Shown: piece after piece, positions 36,701 to 50,680 of the stretch | How positions within the stretch are numbered: the stretch's first letter is position 1 | Layout of the letters: every line of letters starts with the position of its first letter | Assembly (NCBI GenBank): GCA_951406725.2 | Contig: OX597834.1 | Span: 10,726,001-10,790,000 of the forward strand | Length of the DNA stretch: 64,000 bases | Direction: 5' to 3' | Origin: Octopus vulgaris | Taxonomy: Eukaryota | Program-made: the position numbers and the translations under genes | The notes under the pieces: model-generated | Told to the model about the DNA's origin: nothing | Database searches by the model: none | The model's input: only the letters and a program-made list of their open reading frames with translations

Positions 36701-37187
36701 ATGTATATATAGGTAATTGTTTGAGAGTGTGTGTGTGTGTGTGTGTGTCTGTATGTTTGTGAATGGATATGAATTGTTTTCCATTTAGTTCGTAAAATAC
36801 TTGACGTTAACTACTCTGTTGATTCGTTTTGTTTTACCTGGAAAGGGTCATAGCGCCAATAATAAACACACAAACTGGTTGTAATTCACTTCTTAATTAT
36901 TATTCATCAAAGTATAACTATCTAACCAGTTAAGTAATCGATCGACTGATTAATCATTCGGTTAATTAATCAATCTGCTGTGCTTTTTAAATTTATGTTG
37001 TTGCCAGTGCCGACAGATCCATGAAGCTATGTGATTAGAGATTTTGCAATGAAAGAGTTTAGCAAACACAACTGATTGATTGATTAACAGAATGTTAAAT
37101 ATACTGAACCGTTAGTTATTTGGTTAAATAACTCTTTGATCAATAATAATAAAGAAGTTTAAATATCCTTATCTCATATCTCATAAA

Positions 37188-37250
37188 TGGCGGTGCCCCA
37201 GCATGGCCACAGCTCATTAGCTGAAACTGGAAAAATCAAAATCAAAATCA
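37188..37250 (+). mobile_element. Extremely 5'-truncated CR1-group LINE/SINE 3' stub with an (AAAATC)n tail
   Basis: tggcggtgccccagcatggccacagctcattagctgaaactggaaaaatcaaaatcaaaatca; same 3' module as the LINE at 16.0 kb. Confidence 0.7.
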
Positions 37251-37374
37251 TATCAGTATAACGTTGTTAAAATTACCATGCTCATGTTTCACAACTAAAA
37301 TTTATCCGCCATTCAGCCAAAATATCCACTTGTGAAATATTCTGTGTGATATAAAATAAATGTCGTCAAGAACC

Positions 37375-37538
37375 CACAGGGGTACTCTTTCACCAAAACT
37401 TTCTCTCACTCTTTCTTGTGTTGGCCTGCTCGCTTAGCCAGCGGGGTGGCGTCATTTGAAGGCTAAAACAATGCGAAGCGCATTGTGACCAGCAATGTGT
37501 TGCAACATCTGATAGCCTGGTTGGTCACGGTGATCACG

Positions 37539-37543
<5 letters not shown>
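37375..37543 (+). mobile_element. 3' part of SINE family C with a third tail variant
   Basis: Shares gtactctttcacca.aactttctctcactctt with family C, then diverges to a tail ending gtcacggtgatcacggtgat. Confidence 0.6.
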
Positions 37544-37621
<78 letters not shown>

Positions 37622-38342
37622 ATATATTTCCATTTGGCAGTGAAAGTGAGTGATTAATTTATAAGATTCTTGTAATTTCACCACAAATTATTGAGTTCTT
37701 GTATTGAATACTTTTTGTATAATATATAACTACTCTTCATTCACTAACGCTACCTCACCTCATATATTGCAACAGCGATAGTTTTTTTTTTGTTTTTGTT
37801 TATTCGTTTTCTGCGATAATGATTCAGGTGAGACATCCGTTCGTAACCATCAGCTTTCACAAAACCAGTGTCTGCTTCTTTGCACAGCACGTAGGAAGAT
37901 GTATATAATTTTTATACTTGTTCGTGACAGTTGAGAGCGAATAATTTATTGAAATAATTACCACTATTACCAAATTTGGACAGCGTTAACTAAATATTAG
38001 GTTTTAAAATAAAATATTGTTTGTTTCATATAAAATTATACTGTTCTTGATATTTATGTCTCTTTAGGTATTGATCATCAATACAGAAGCGTGTTTCCTC
38101 CGCATCAAGTCAGTAGGAAGATCCGGAACCGAATATTTCACATGACGCCATCTGGATTTTTGTCATAGAGAGTATGAAAAATAAATATTTTATTGTATTC
38201 TGTTGTATTTCTTTTATTTTGTTCAATTTCTATGTGACATCTTTGTTCATTCGTCAGGTGTAAAACTTTTATTAACCAATTATTTAAGCCTCATATACTT
38301 AGATAAATATTAGTTGAGGTCTATGTTTCTGAACAACTATCT

Positions 38343-38527
38343 TACTTCTTTACTGCCCACAAGGGGCCAAACATAGAGGGGACAAACAAGGACAGACAAA
38401 CGGATTAAGTCGACTACATCGACTCAAGTGCGTAACAGGTAATTAGTTTATCGACCCAGAAAGGATGAAAGGCAAAGTCGACCTCGGCGGAATTTGAACT
38501 CAGAACGTAGCGGCAGACGAAATACCA
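38343..38527 (-). mobile_element. SINE family A, 5'-truncated
   Basis: Reverse complement of the family A body and tail. Confidence 0.85.
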
Positions 38528-39090
38528 GTTCACTGCTCTAACCACTAAGCCATGTATCTCCACTCATGTATGTGTGTGCATATATGTGTACGCCTGAATG
38601 AATTGGTGTGTGTGATACATGTGACTGCATCTAGTTATCAACAGATTGCTCATCTGAGAAAAAATCAAATTTATTAAGTTGTACGGAAAAGCGTGACTAA
38701 TAAACATCGTTAATAACTAATAGGAAGATTAAAGAACGTCATAAAAAAAAGGCGTATTTGTGTTCGTGGAATGTTATACGTAGCATGTCATAAATTGGTT
38801 ACCAGAATTTATTCGATACTTTGATAGTGAAGAACCTATTCGCCGCATTATGTAGTCCTAACGCTGAGAGGCAGGAGTTGATTGCTTATGGTGATAACAC
38901 GAAAAATATATCAGGGCAGGTGCAGATTGGATCAAGTGATATAAGGAACCTAACAATTTACGTACAATCATACATACATACACATACATACCTGCATACG
39001 GGGATGCATACATACTTAAGCATATACATACGCATACACATATGCATGGATATATACCTAAATGCATGTTTATACATGTATATATATGAG

Positions 39091-39133
<43 letters not shown>

Positions 39134-39218
39134 TCATATGAAGGGATGGTATTATTAAAATACCATCACGTGTGGCAAGCGAGTTATGAGCCGTAGAGGC
39201 AAATTAAATATATATGTA

Positions 39219-39330
<112 letters not shown>

Positions 39331-39372
39331 CATACATACATACATATATACACAAACATGAATGTATATGTA

Positions 39373-39436
<64 letters not shown>

Positions 39437-39984
39437 AAACACATCCATGTGTGTGTTGTTGTCTGTGTGATTGACGTCATTAACAATAACAATTCTATTA
39501 TCCGGCCTCGATAGTTTCAATAAACGGAGGTGTCGGTAACATTCCATCCTGTTAGAAAAAAAAATAGAAGCTATAATAATGCAAATTAGTGCAATATTTT
39601 ACCGAAAACCCTAAACAATCGTTTCAACAAGTCTTTCGAACGATGCAACTTGCATGTACGTGTATAATCCCTCTTATCTATGCAATCGGTAGCAGGTAGT
39701 GATGGGCAGTTATTGGATATAATTTTGTAATGGGGAATGAAAGAAACACGGCTACTGCTTAGAATGGAATAAAGAGATGAAACGGAAAGCACTGGATGTA
39801 TACTATTATATAAAACCGACTATGTTGCTAATACGGATAAGGTTCCACCTGATAATACACGGATAATGTAGTAGTTCGTTTTAGCTATAGGAATGTATCA
39901 AACGTTAGGCAGCAATGGACTCATCTAAAAAAATAACCTACGAATTACTACAAGTTTGGAATTCCACATTCTTCGGATAGAACT

Positions 39985-40196
39985 CTCTTTCTCTTCCTCT
40001 TTTACTTGTTTCAGTCATTTGACTGCGGCCATGCCGGAGCACCGCCTTTAGTCGAGCAAATCGACCCCGGGACTTATTCTTTGTAAGCCCAGTACTTATT
40101 CTATCGGTCTCTTTTGCCGAACCGCTAAGTGACGGGAACGCAAACACACCAGCATCGGTTGTCAAGCAATGCTAGGGGGAAAACACAGACACACAA

Positions 40197-40271
<75 letters not shown>

Positions 40272-40439
40272 CATATATATGACAGGCTTCTTTCAGTTTC
40301 CGTCTACCAAATCCACTCACAAGGCATTGGTCGTCCCGGGACTATAGTAGAAGACACTTGCCCAAGATGCCACGCAGTGGGACTGAACCCGGAACCATGT
40401 GGCTGGTTAGCAAGCTATTTACCACACAGCCACTCCTGC
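39985..40439 (-). mobile_element. SINE family B, near full length
   Basis: Matches the other B copies; expanded internal (TA)n. Confidence 0.92.
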
Positions 40440-40440
40440 A

Positions 40441-40666
40441 GAAGCATTTTCGAATATCACCGCAGGCGGAACAAGTGCATGGGGCAAGACGCCGCCCCAC
40501 CTGCAACACGTCCCGACGTGCTAACGTTTCTGCCAGCTCGCTGCCTACACTTTTCCTTGAAAGGCAAAGTCGACCTCGGCGGAATTTGAACTCAGAACGT
40601 AACAGCAGACGAAATACCGCGAAGCATTTCGCCCGGCGTGCTAACAATTCTGCAAGCTCACCTCCT
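40441..40666 (-). mobile_element. Two SINE family A 5' fragments, one carrying a GC-rich insertion
   Basis: Heads at ~40510-40546 and ~40558-40666. Confidence 0.75.
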
Positions 40667-41059
40667 TTAAAGTTGTTTACATTAGAACTATTTAGTAGAT
40701 AAAATAATTGTTACTATTTAAAGATGATTTATCAAATCTGAATTATAATTTAACTTAATTTACTCTGTGAAAATAATAAAGAAATATCACGCATGCTAGG
40801 AATTTATAGTTAAGGAGATATTACTTATATATATTACGAAAGAAATAAAATCGCTGGAATACACACATTTATATATATAATGCATATGTTACAAATAACC
40901 TTATTTAGGCAAGATATTATGTATTTTATATTATATAAAATTATAAATTTGTTCTAATAAATGATCTAATTAACTCAGTTTCAAATTTAATTATAATATT
41001 CATGGTTAAGAAGAAACCAAAACACTTAGTGATAGTAATATTTAAAGAATGATTAATGA

Positions 41060-42620
41060 TATTTATAAAATAGATATTTAGGAGTGTGTAGACAAGCCGA
41101 TAATTTTTCAGCTCTCTCGTTTAATAATTATTTACTAGAAAAAATGTTATTACACTCTGAAGTGTAGAATTCTCAATTTCTATGTATAAGATTTTGCAGA
41201 ACATATAATCTTACATCTAATTTAAAACTGATATTACTGTCTTTTAATCACTAGATGAATTTACTAAGACTAGTCGAAGGGCGTTTACTGGGATTTCTAA
41301 AAGAATATTCATGGTTAGCCAATCTAAATTTCATATATGATTCCGTAGAACCAATGTAGAAAAAGAGCTTCTACTATAGCTTGGTATACGAAATCCTTCC
41401 GTTTGCAATAATTATTAATTTTACATTGCTCATTAACCCTACAGTGATAGAACTTATTAAGATTATCACTAGAATTAGTAGGTGGGTTGTGGGCAGTAGC
41501 CTCCCTTTGATCGCTTATAATTGAATATTTGAATTTGGCTTTATGCGGTACATTAGGTGTTTGTTTATTATTAGGAATATTAAGTTTTCGCTAAGCGTAA
41601 AAATCAGCTAATTTTACATTATTCATAGGAGATATATATGGGAACAAATTACGGGAAACGGAATGACCACATATAAAATGTCTATTCTGAATTATGACAC
41701 TATATTTGTTATTATTAGGAGAGAAATTTTGGTTTATTATCCGACGTATAACTTTAATTAAATTTGTATTTTCTTGTTTAGCGAAGGGCAATATTAAGCA
41801 GATAATATTCTCCGTATCTTATTTTTACTAGAATTTAAGATTAACATAGTTTGTTATAGTGAATTTTATATATAGTATGTAATTTTTATTTTTTCTTCTT
41901 AATTTGTAATTAGTGTTGATATTGGAATTGTTATTCTAAGGTCCCATGTTCCTATTGATCTGATCAAGTGCTGATTTATTATTTATATTATTTTGATTTT
42001 GATCATAACGTGCTTTTGGTTTATTATGTTTAGTGTGTAATATATGAACGTTTATGTTGTTATTATCACTATAAGAATATGCGTCTTAGGTCTTATGTTG
42101 CTGTTCCTATGTTGGTTATTTTTGTTCAGTACATAGTTATTGTCTAATCTATTAGCTGCTTTACCTTTATTTATTGTATTAATCATAGCTTCACTGCCAA
42201 GTGTATTATGTATGAAGGTTATATTTTCCTTCTTGTAGACGTTTGTTTGTTATTAATCGTATGTGAACCATGCTTAATATATATAACTTTCTGTACGCAC
42301 CTTGCTTTACAAATGCAATATTATGTAATTCTTTGTTGTCGTTAAAGATATCTACATCAAAGGAGAGGTGATTTATTGGGGTTTTTGTTCCACGTTATTA
42401 ACTAAATAATCAGTAATAGACTTCGGGTGATTACTTTATATATTAATGTAAGTCATTCTGGAGTTAGATTTATGGTATGGCTCATGTCTTCCGGCATTAA
42501 GATTAAAATTTAGGTCTAAAAACGTAACTGAGTTATGCTCTGTTTCAATTGAAATACTTAATCCAAAACGGTTAAAGAACTTGTTGAATTTTTTCTTGAA
42601 TAATTATTGAGTGTACAAGG
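41060..42620 (-). mobile_element. Decayed Penelope-like retroelement of Naiad type (RT C-terminus, linker, Cys-rich motif, GIY-YIG endonuclease)
   Basis: Minus-strand translation in order: KKKFNKFFNRFGLSISIETEHNSVTFLDLNFNLNAGRHEPYHKSNSRMTYINI*SNHPKSI (~42420-42600); LPFAKQENTNLIKVIRRIINQNF (~41720-41795); YHCRVNEQCKINNYCKRKDFVYQAIV; FYIGSTESYMKFRLANHEYSFRNPSKRPSTSLSKFI**LKD; LLNERAE. The Naiad assignment is from motif recall. Confidence 0.88.
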
Positions 42621-44093
42621 GTTGGGGAGGGCTGAAAGGATCCTGGCTTTGGGAAAAAGAGAATGCAGAGGAATCAGTTAATTAGGATTTTACTCAATAT
42701 ATTTCCCTCTTAGATTCGCACACTTATGACTACAATCCTTTCTAAGCCCTGTAAAAGCAGTCAGAAGGTTGGGCGTCCATACAGGCTTTACATGATGGCC
42801 TTAAAGCCAGGACCTTTACACACACACACGACACGTGCGCGCACGCACACGCACTCATATATACACAAACACATATATACACCCAATTTTATATATATAT
42901 CGTTACATTTTCTCCAGTCTTACATAAAGATATACACATGTACATATTTTACATACATAAGAATACATGCAATCATATATATATATATATATATGTTCGT
43001 ATAAATACATTAAGTTTAGAATTGCTGAGAGGGATATAAGTAAATATTTCAAACAAAGTAATCCATACAACAGTATGAATTAATAGATTTTAAGATAACT
43101 CTTGCTATTAGGAGAGCTATGAAGAAAATTATCACGAATATTAAACATGAATATTCCTAGAGCTAGAGATATTGATGTAATGACAATATAATGTTTTTAA
43201 CTATTCTATAGAATGAAGCTAAGCTGCCAGAAACAATGCAGACTTCGAAAAATGCATTATTCAATTTTCTATTTTTTGTTACTGTTTCTAAATTAAAATT
43301 GTAAAAATTAAATGAAATATAATTTATTTTTTGAGAGGATAGCATTCAATTGATGATTCTGCATTTAATTGTCAGCAAAAATAAGAGAACCTACTCGCGA
43401 TTATTGAGTCAAGACGAAAGGAAATGCTACTAGCTTCAATCGCGTGTCGAAAAGGTTTCGGTTTTTTATGTACCACGCATTTTAATATTTTCATGCAATC
43501 TCCCTTAGATACAAAGGCATATAGATAAACAAATATGTATATATAAATGTATGTGTATACACACACAGACAATCACACACACACACACAAACATACATAT
43601 ATTTATATATCTGTTAACTAAAATTATCTACACGCATCAAAATATATGTATGCGTGTATATGAATGCACACGTATCTCTCTCTTTATATATATAACTATA
43701 AATATATGTGTGTGTGTGTGTGCGTGAGCGAGCGTGCTTTTTGTATATTTCTATTCAATGTATACATGAAATTAGGCTATTTCCTGCCGAATAAATAGTG
43801 TTTACTGCACTTTATACTCTCTAACACTCCCGATAAGTGTGTCTCAGTTTAGCAGAATGTATGTTGTATCAAAGCATAAGATGTATTGAAATGTACGTTG
43901 TGCTATGGCGATGCAATACTTACTTCTTTAACGTAGATCTTGCTATTTAGTATAAGATAACACACGACCTTATAAAAGATGACATTTATACAGATTTTGT
44001 TGATCTGTTTCATGCTTGTAGCTGGACATTTTTGTATGCCTAGATCGTCTCACGGGAGAAGTCATGCTCTTTTCAGTAGGTAAGTTGCGGAGT

Positions 44094-44253
44094 CCGCAGG
44101 CGTGGGTATGTGGTAAGAAGCTTGCTTCCCAACAACATGGTTCTCAGTTCAGTCCCACTACATGGCACCTTGGGCAGGTGTCTTCTACTATAGCGTCGGG
44201 CTAACCAATGTCTTGTGATTGAATTTGGTAGACGGAACTGGAAAGAAGCCGTC

Positions 44254-44333
<80 letters not shown>

Positions 44334-44505
44334 GAGTGTGTATATATGTATGTATGTGTTTTTGTGTCTGTGGTTTTCCACCCAATATCGCTTAACAACC
44401 GATGGTAGTGTGTTTAAGTCCTGGTAACTTAGCGGCTCGAGCAAAAGCGATAAAAAAATTAAGCGGTCCTCCAGTATAAAACCTGAAAAAGAAAAAAAGA
44501 ATAAA
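44094..44505 (+). mobile_element. SINE family B (diverged, 3' deletion)
   Basis: Head, CORE-like block ggcaccttgggcaggtgtcttc and internal microsatellite. Confidence 0.85.
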
Positions 44506-45084
44506 GAATAGGAGATGGCATGGTAGGGTAGATTTGCAAATACGTGGTTTATTTTAATTTTCGTCCTTCTAGAAAATTAATAAATTTCGTACTATAAATG
44601 ACAAAATTTATCATTTCTGACAAAGCGTTAGATCCCCGAGAATCAAGTTTGTGGAAACTGGAAATGGGACGGAGAAAGGGCCATGTTTAATTAAATTTGA
44701 GACATTATCAAGGTCTTGCCTAAAACCATCTCCGGGAAAGAAGAACCCTTTGAACGCATATCATACGCCGTTTTCTGAACGATATTGAAGGAAGAGGTAA
44801 CGAAAACTTCAATGATATTAGCATAAGGCGACACGCTGACAAAACCAGCAATGTCTCGGACACACACACACACATATATTTATACTTATATATATAGAGA
44901 GAGATACATTTGCATTCATATACAAGCATACATATATTTAGATGTGTGTAGATGATTTTAGTTAACAGATATATAAATATATGTATGTTTGTATATGTGT
45001 GCGTGTTTGTGTATACAAATACATTCATATATACATATATATTTATCTATATGCATAGGTATCTAAGAGAGACTGCATGAAATT

Positions 45085-45255
45085 AATTATCGACATTTTT
45101 CCTGTATTTTCGTTCGGAGTTCAAATTCCATCAAAGTCGATTTTGCCTTTCGACCTCTGGGGGTCGATAGAAGAATTACCTTTTGTACACTGGTTTTATA
45201 TGTTGTAGACTAGTCCCTATCACAAAATTTGAGGCTTTATACTTATAGTTGAAAT
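45085..45255 (+). mobile_element. Old SINE family A remnant
   Basis: ggagttcaaattccatcaaagtcgattttgcctttcgacctctgggggtcgata. Confidence 0.65.
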
Positions 45256-46794
45256 AATAAAAATAATTTTTATTATTTAGAGGAGTTCACTGATGAGGCA
45301 TCATTTCTCATGCGGCTGTCTTATCGAGAAAGGTTACCATACCTACTACAAGATGTTATTTATTCTAATAGAAATAGGAGATGAAGCTTCTTCATCACCA
45401 TCTTTTCAAAAAGATGGTTATGAAGCAAAAGATGGTGATGCAGGAACTCCACATTGAGGAATATAGTTCATTTGGTACTATACATAATTTGGTGTTAGCT
45501 GTGTATTATGAAACACGGGGTAAAGCTGGGCCCGAATACATTTGAACATAAATTTTCTTTGGGAACAATTTGGTAATATAGAGCAATCAATATAACATCA
45601 GAAGAAGACCTTCAAACCATAAATATCCTCTCCTTTTATGATAGTGCAGTGTAATTTGAGTGAGATTTAACTGCTAAATCCCGATGCTGGTGCGATCTTG
45701 CAAGAGGAATCCTTCTTGTGTATCGTAGCTTTCAATCGATATAATTAAGTACCACTTGAGCTGATACATGACAGGGTTCATAATGAGAAGCAAACATACT
45801 ATTCCATCATGAACCGTGATAGAACGTATTGTATTCTCGAGAGATGAATCGGGAGTTTGCTGCCCATTCCGCCACTTGAGAGAGCCTCAATAGAAAAAGG
45901 TGCTTAATTATAGCAGTTAAATCTACGTCATTAAATTTTCAAATAAATTGATATGACTCTGCAGACCTGGAACTAAATACAGAACGGTGTTGCACATTGC
46001 GAAATAGCACTTAGTTTACATAAGTTAGATTTAAACTAACGCTTATATCCAGCTTTCAAAGTGAAGACAAGAATAATTATTGAAAGCGAATTTTCCGTCA
46101 GATATCTTAATCCATCAATACTATAATATTGCTTCCAGAGATCAGGTCACCGACGTCATTCCACAAGAATAGACGCGCATAAGACCGCTCCCATTGCATC
46201 CAGATCAATCATATGTTCACCACTTGTAACATCCGACTAAAGTCAAGCGAGCTTAACATATAGAATAAAGTAAATAATATACCATCAATAACATTACGTT
46301 ATTGAATTATTGCTTAAGTAACACATCATAGATTTATGCTTCACTAATGCACCATGCACAGAAATGTTATGTCTGTATATATGTGTGTACATACACACAC
46401 AAGCACTCACGCTCACATATTTTCAATTTTTATGATTGTTCAATAATTTGAAGTTCTTTTATACATTTTCATTCTTATACATCTACATACCTTCCACTAG
46501 TCAACAGTAACCTAGTGGACGTATTTATTGCATCATATCAGCTACATCATTTATAACAGATAACTTTTTATTCGTAGATATAAGCCAGCCCATGTCCGAT
46601 AAGTTCACCGTCATCAATTCGACATTTTGTTTTTCAATAAAATAGTTTTCTTAACTATTAATGGTGTGATACTATGAATATATTTTCTCTGTAAACTTTC
46701 CGCATGGTGAAATTTCCTTACGGTGAACCTTCTTCACTTTGAATTAACAACGCTGAACTTATCTGTGATCAAAACAGCAAAGCATGTGATCGAA

Positions 46795-47527
46795 CATGAG
46801 AATCAATTGAAAATTTCACAGGCTTTCCAAGATACTCCTGGAATGACGTTTATTTTTCAAATGAAGTGTATTTATTTTCAAATGAGGTTTATTTTTCAGC
46901 AAAAGCCCCAATTCTCACGCCCGGTCTACACAATTCCTCCATTGGTGTTCCAATGCTTGGATCACATTGGTGAAAAAGCATTCATCTTATTAATGAAAAC
47001 AGTCAAAAGCGGATATGATTTCATCATCCCAGCGGTACTGATTCCAAGGCGTGTGTTTTTTCATGTTGAGTATAAAATAATATTCAAATGGAGCCAAATT
47101 TGAAAAGCAGTCAGATTAAGCAGGCCAAGGCCACAGCCACGCACAGCCATTCTACAAGAATATTCTCAACTCTCTCACGAGATATACTAAGACCATTGGC
47201 TATTTGAATTATAGTCAATCGCCTGCCATTCATCAGCATGTAGTGAACACAGTCAATGTTTTCCTCAGTGGCAACATTTACAGGACGTCCAGACTCCGGG
47301 CCATCTTCAAAACTCTCCCTTCCTCTCATAAATTCAGCTGCCCCTTGATGCACTGTTCATAAACCTGGAGCATCATCCCCTAATGTAGAAACCATCTCAG
47401 CAGGAATGCCCTTGTATGCTAAAACGTTTTTCTGCAGTTTTTTTTTATAACAGCACGATGCCAAATCTTGTCTATTTTCTAGTGAAGTCTTTCATAGTCA
47501 GCCTATGAACTTTTGACCCCACCCTTG
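46795..47527 (-). mobile_element. Internally deleted mariner (Tc1/mariner) transposon relic
   Basis: N-terminal HTH region DKIWHRAVIK...LGDDAP...AAEFMRGRESFEDGPESGRPVNVATEENIDCVHYMLMNGRRLTIIQIANGLSISRERVENIL and C-terminus DDEIISAF...FFTNVIQALEHQWRNCVD...AEK*. TIR-like tacaagggtggggtcaaaagttcataggct at the right end. The DD34D domain is absent. Confidence 0.88.
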
Positions 47528-49731
47528 TAAAGAATGTGTGCGCGCGCCCGTACACACACACACAAACACACCTATAGATATTTGTACACATACACATACA
47601 TTATATTGGACATAATAGGTTTTCAGTTTTTTTCCGTTTTTCCCCGCCTCTCTTAACTCTCTCTCTCTCCCCCCTCTTCTCAGAATATTATATATATACA
47701 TACATACAGACACACACACACACACATATATATATATAATTTTTTAAGCTTAAAAGCGATCACTGTATATTGTCTACAGAAAGTAGTTTACAATTGAAGC
47801 ATGTAAAAAAAGTAGGCTTTTCCGTAAGCGCTGGACACGAACGAAAGACCTCTATGTTTTTGTGATAAGTGGTGCTATAATTTACACCAATGTACCCATC
47901 TACCGCTTCCTGTCAGGCTAAGAACCGCTTACCTACTTATCGTAGAAAACGCACATGTTAATTTGTTCATTAAAATAACAATTCTATGGAATTATAGTTC
48001 TTAAGCTGAAAGAGTAGGTTGGGCACGCTGGCGTAAAATGATAGCAGACTTGTTGCAAAAAAAAAAAAAGAAAAGAAAAACATAACAATGTGAGTTCGTA
48101 TCCAATGCGTACGGAAGACACATTTTTTTTTTCCGCCGAGGGTTTGTATTCTCCAACATTCGATTATTTCTTTTAGTCAATACACGGTGATGGCTTCGGA
48201 GATTTAAGCTTAAAAAAATTCTTCTTCTTCTTCTTATTATTATTATTATTATTATTATTTACAGAATTGTAAAATTCTGCATTGCTTACCAAATCCTCGT
48301 ACATACATACATACAGCCTCTCCGTCTTTCGAAGATGACTGTTTAGTTCGATCAACTGAAATGCATGCTTTTTCTGTGACACGCCCGTGGCTGTTTGCTC
48401 CGCAGACCTATGTTTAATTAATGTAATTGTCAAGCAGTGATTATAGTGGTACAATGTGTGATAAGGTTGCAATATTTGAACAACAGGTAGAATCTAAGCG
48501 ACAGTGTCTCTTACTTTTTTTTCAAATATAAAGAAAAATTGACAAAAATACCAAACAAAGGGACAGAAACCGCGAACTTACGGTTGCCTGGCAAACACTT
48601 AAACTTCAGTTTTATTGCGTTTTTCAAACACAGAACCACGTCACACACACACACACACACAGACATACACATACACACAACAACACACACATACATACAC
48701 ACACACAAACACACAGACACACACAAACACACTCACACACAGACATACAAGCACATACACACACGCACGCACTACAAACACGCGTACATATATATATTCA
48801 TTTGAGATAGCAAATGTGAGTGCGTGTATATATGTGTGTGCGAATGTTAGATTTTAATTCATAATAGTTCATATACTTGTGTTTAATTATCGTCTTAATT
48901 ATCGATTCGATGCGTGATAATTCGCTAAATGAGACAGTAGTGAATTACCTATCTGATGAAGAGTTGATTTATTGACGTATAAACTGTGAAACAAGAGAGA
49001 TATAGGTGGGTTTAAATTGTTACTTCTGTACAAGTGAAGCGTTTATAGAGCTTAATTTGGCATAGTATAACAACAGACATTCTTTAGTGTAAATGTCAAC
49101 GCGGTCGTCCGGCAATTGTTCTGTAGACGCTCTGTCCGATCAGAAAGGCTGCTGTTCTAATCTCGTCTCAAATACAAATATAGACAAACGGGCTGAAGTC
49201 ATGCAGAAATCTTTCACATGTCTCATCTTTGCCGCTTGATCTCCCAAGCTCAGCGACCCACATCATGCGTCCCCTTTAGTGTAATACTATGTAAAGTGAT
49301 ATGATCTTCTACATAAAATGAAGTTACTATGCAGTAGTTATTGCGTTCAATTCAAATCGCCCACAAAATGACAGATATATATTTCAAAATACATGTTGGT
49401 ATACACATATATAAATACATGAAGAATCGTGTAACTAGTTCAGAAACTGGCTAAACGCTGCTCCTCGGAATGGGAACCTTACTTGTCATTATAATTTTGT
49501 GTGCAGGACACAAAGCAGGCTGAGCTGTTCACTCAAAAACAGATATTGAATGCTCCACAGGCACTCAAGCAGATTCCCAAACTTCTTCCATTTATCAAAA
49601 GGTATGCAAGGCACCAGTAGGCCCCAAGAGACACATTCGTGACCATAGGGTATGATTAACGCTTTACTTTACTGAGCCCTTATTTGTCATTCACAAGAGA
49701 ATCTATCATCATCATCATAACCATCGTTATC

Positions 49732-49801
<70 letters not shown>

Positions 49802-49984
49802 ATGTGTAACGTAATAGTTTAGAGAAAAAAAAACATAGGTTTCATATCCAGCTTGAACTAGACATCACTTCAGTTTCTCGGAACGATAACCGGTCTCTGT
49901 AAAGAATGTTTTTTAACACAAGAACGTCGGTAATAGTTCAAGAAATATTCCTCTTAGAGAATTATGGCCGGGCGAGTTGTGTTC

Positions 49985-50680
49985 CTTCGCTCGATAGCTA
50001 GGTTTTCCAATTTTGAAAATAAACATTTCCGAAAATTTGGAAAACTCCCCACGGCTTCCGTTGTGGAGTTCAGGTAGCCTCCTGGATCATGTGAGTTCAT
50101 AAGGATAATATATATTTCTGTCATACACAATTTACATAGTCTTGTTCCATTGCGACAAGGTCAACAAGTTTCCAGTAATTTCCTCCTGATGTTAAAGGGC
50201 GTATGGTCATCCTTTAGGTGCTATACCTATGCTGCGAGACATAGGCGCAGGAGTAGCTGTGTGGTAAGGTGCTTGCTTCTCAACCACATGGTTCCGAGTT
50301 CAGTCCTACTGCGTAGTACCTTGGGGGTGTGTCTTCTACTATAGCGTCGGTCCGACCAAAGCTTTATGGGGGGATTTGGTTGACGGAAACTGTAAGTATT
50401 TATATATGTATGTATGTATTTGTATGTCGACCCAAAGTCGCTTGACAACTGATGTTGGTGTGTTAACGTCTCCGTAACTTGGGAGACCAATAGAATATGT
50501 ACAAGAATCACAAAGAATAACCCCTGAGGTAGATTTGTTCGACTAAACGTGGTGCTCTGGCATGGCTGCAATCAAATGACTGAAACAAGAGAATAAAAGT
50601 ATTAAAAAAATATAGGCGCTCTGTCATAGCTTCTTATTGGTGTTCATAAAAAGTTCCTGTTATCTCTACGCTACACGCAC
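49985..50680 (-). mobile_element. Second Naiad-type Penelope relic (GIY-YIG C-terminal part), interrupted by a SINE B
   Basis: Minus-strand LAA*V*HLKDDHTPFNIRRKLLETC*PCRNGTRLCKLCMTEIYIILMNSHDPGGYLNSTTEAVGSFPNFRKCLFS matches LS..IW.LKD....I.W.IL....Y.NG...C.LC..EK..I...LN.R.E. Confidence 0.72.
50243..50598 (+). mobile_element. SINE family B (diverged)
   Basis: ggcgcaggagtagctgtgtggtaag head; ataggcgc is repeated after the tail. Confidence 0.88.

Noticed and set aside
41241-41256. Selenocysteine TGA in the Naiad-type relic
   Set aside because: The TGA follows a TAG at the IW.LK position, not at a conserved Cys, and the copy has other stops and frameshifts. This is simple decay.
46723-47103. 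126-aa plus-strand ORF
   Set aside because: It is largely antisense to the mariner C-terminal relic.
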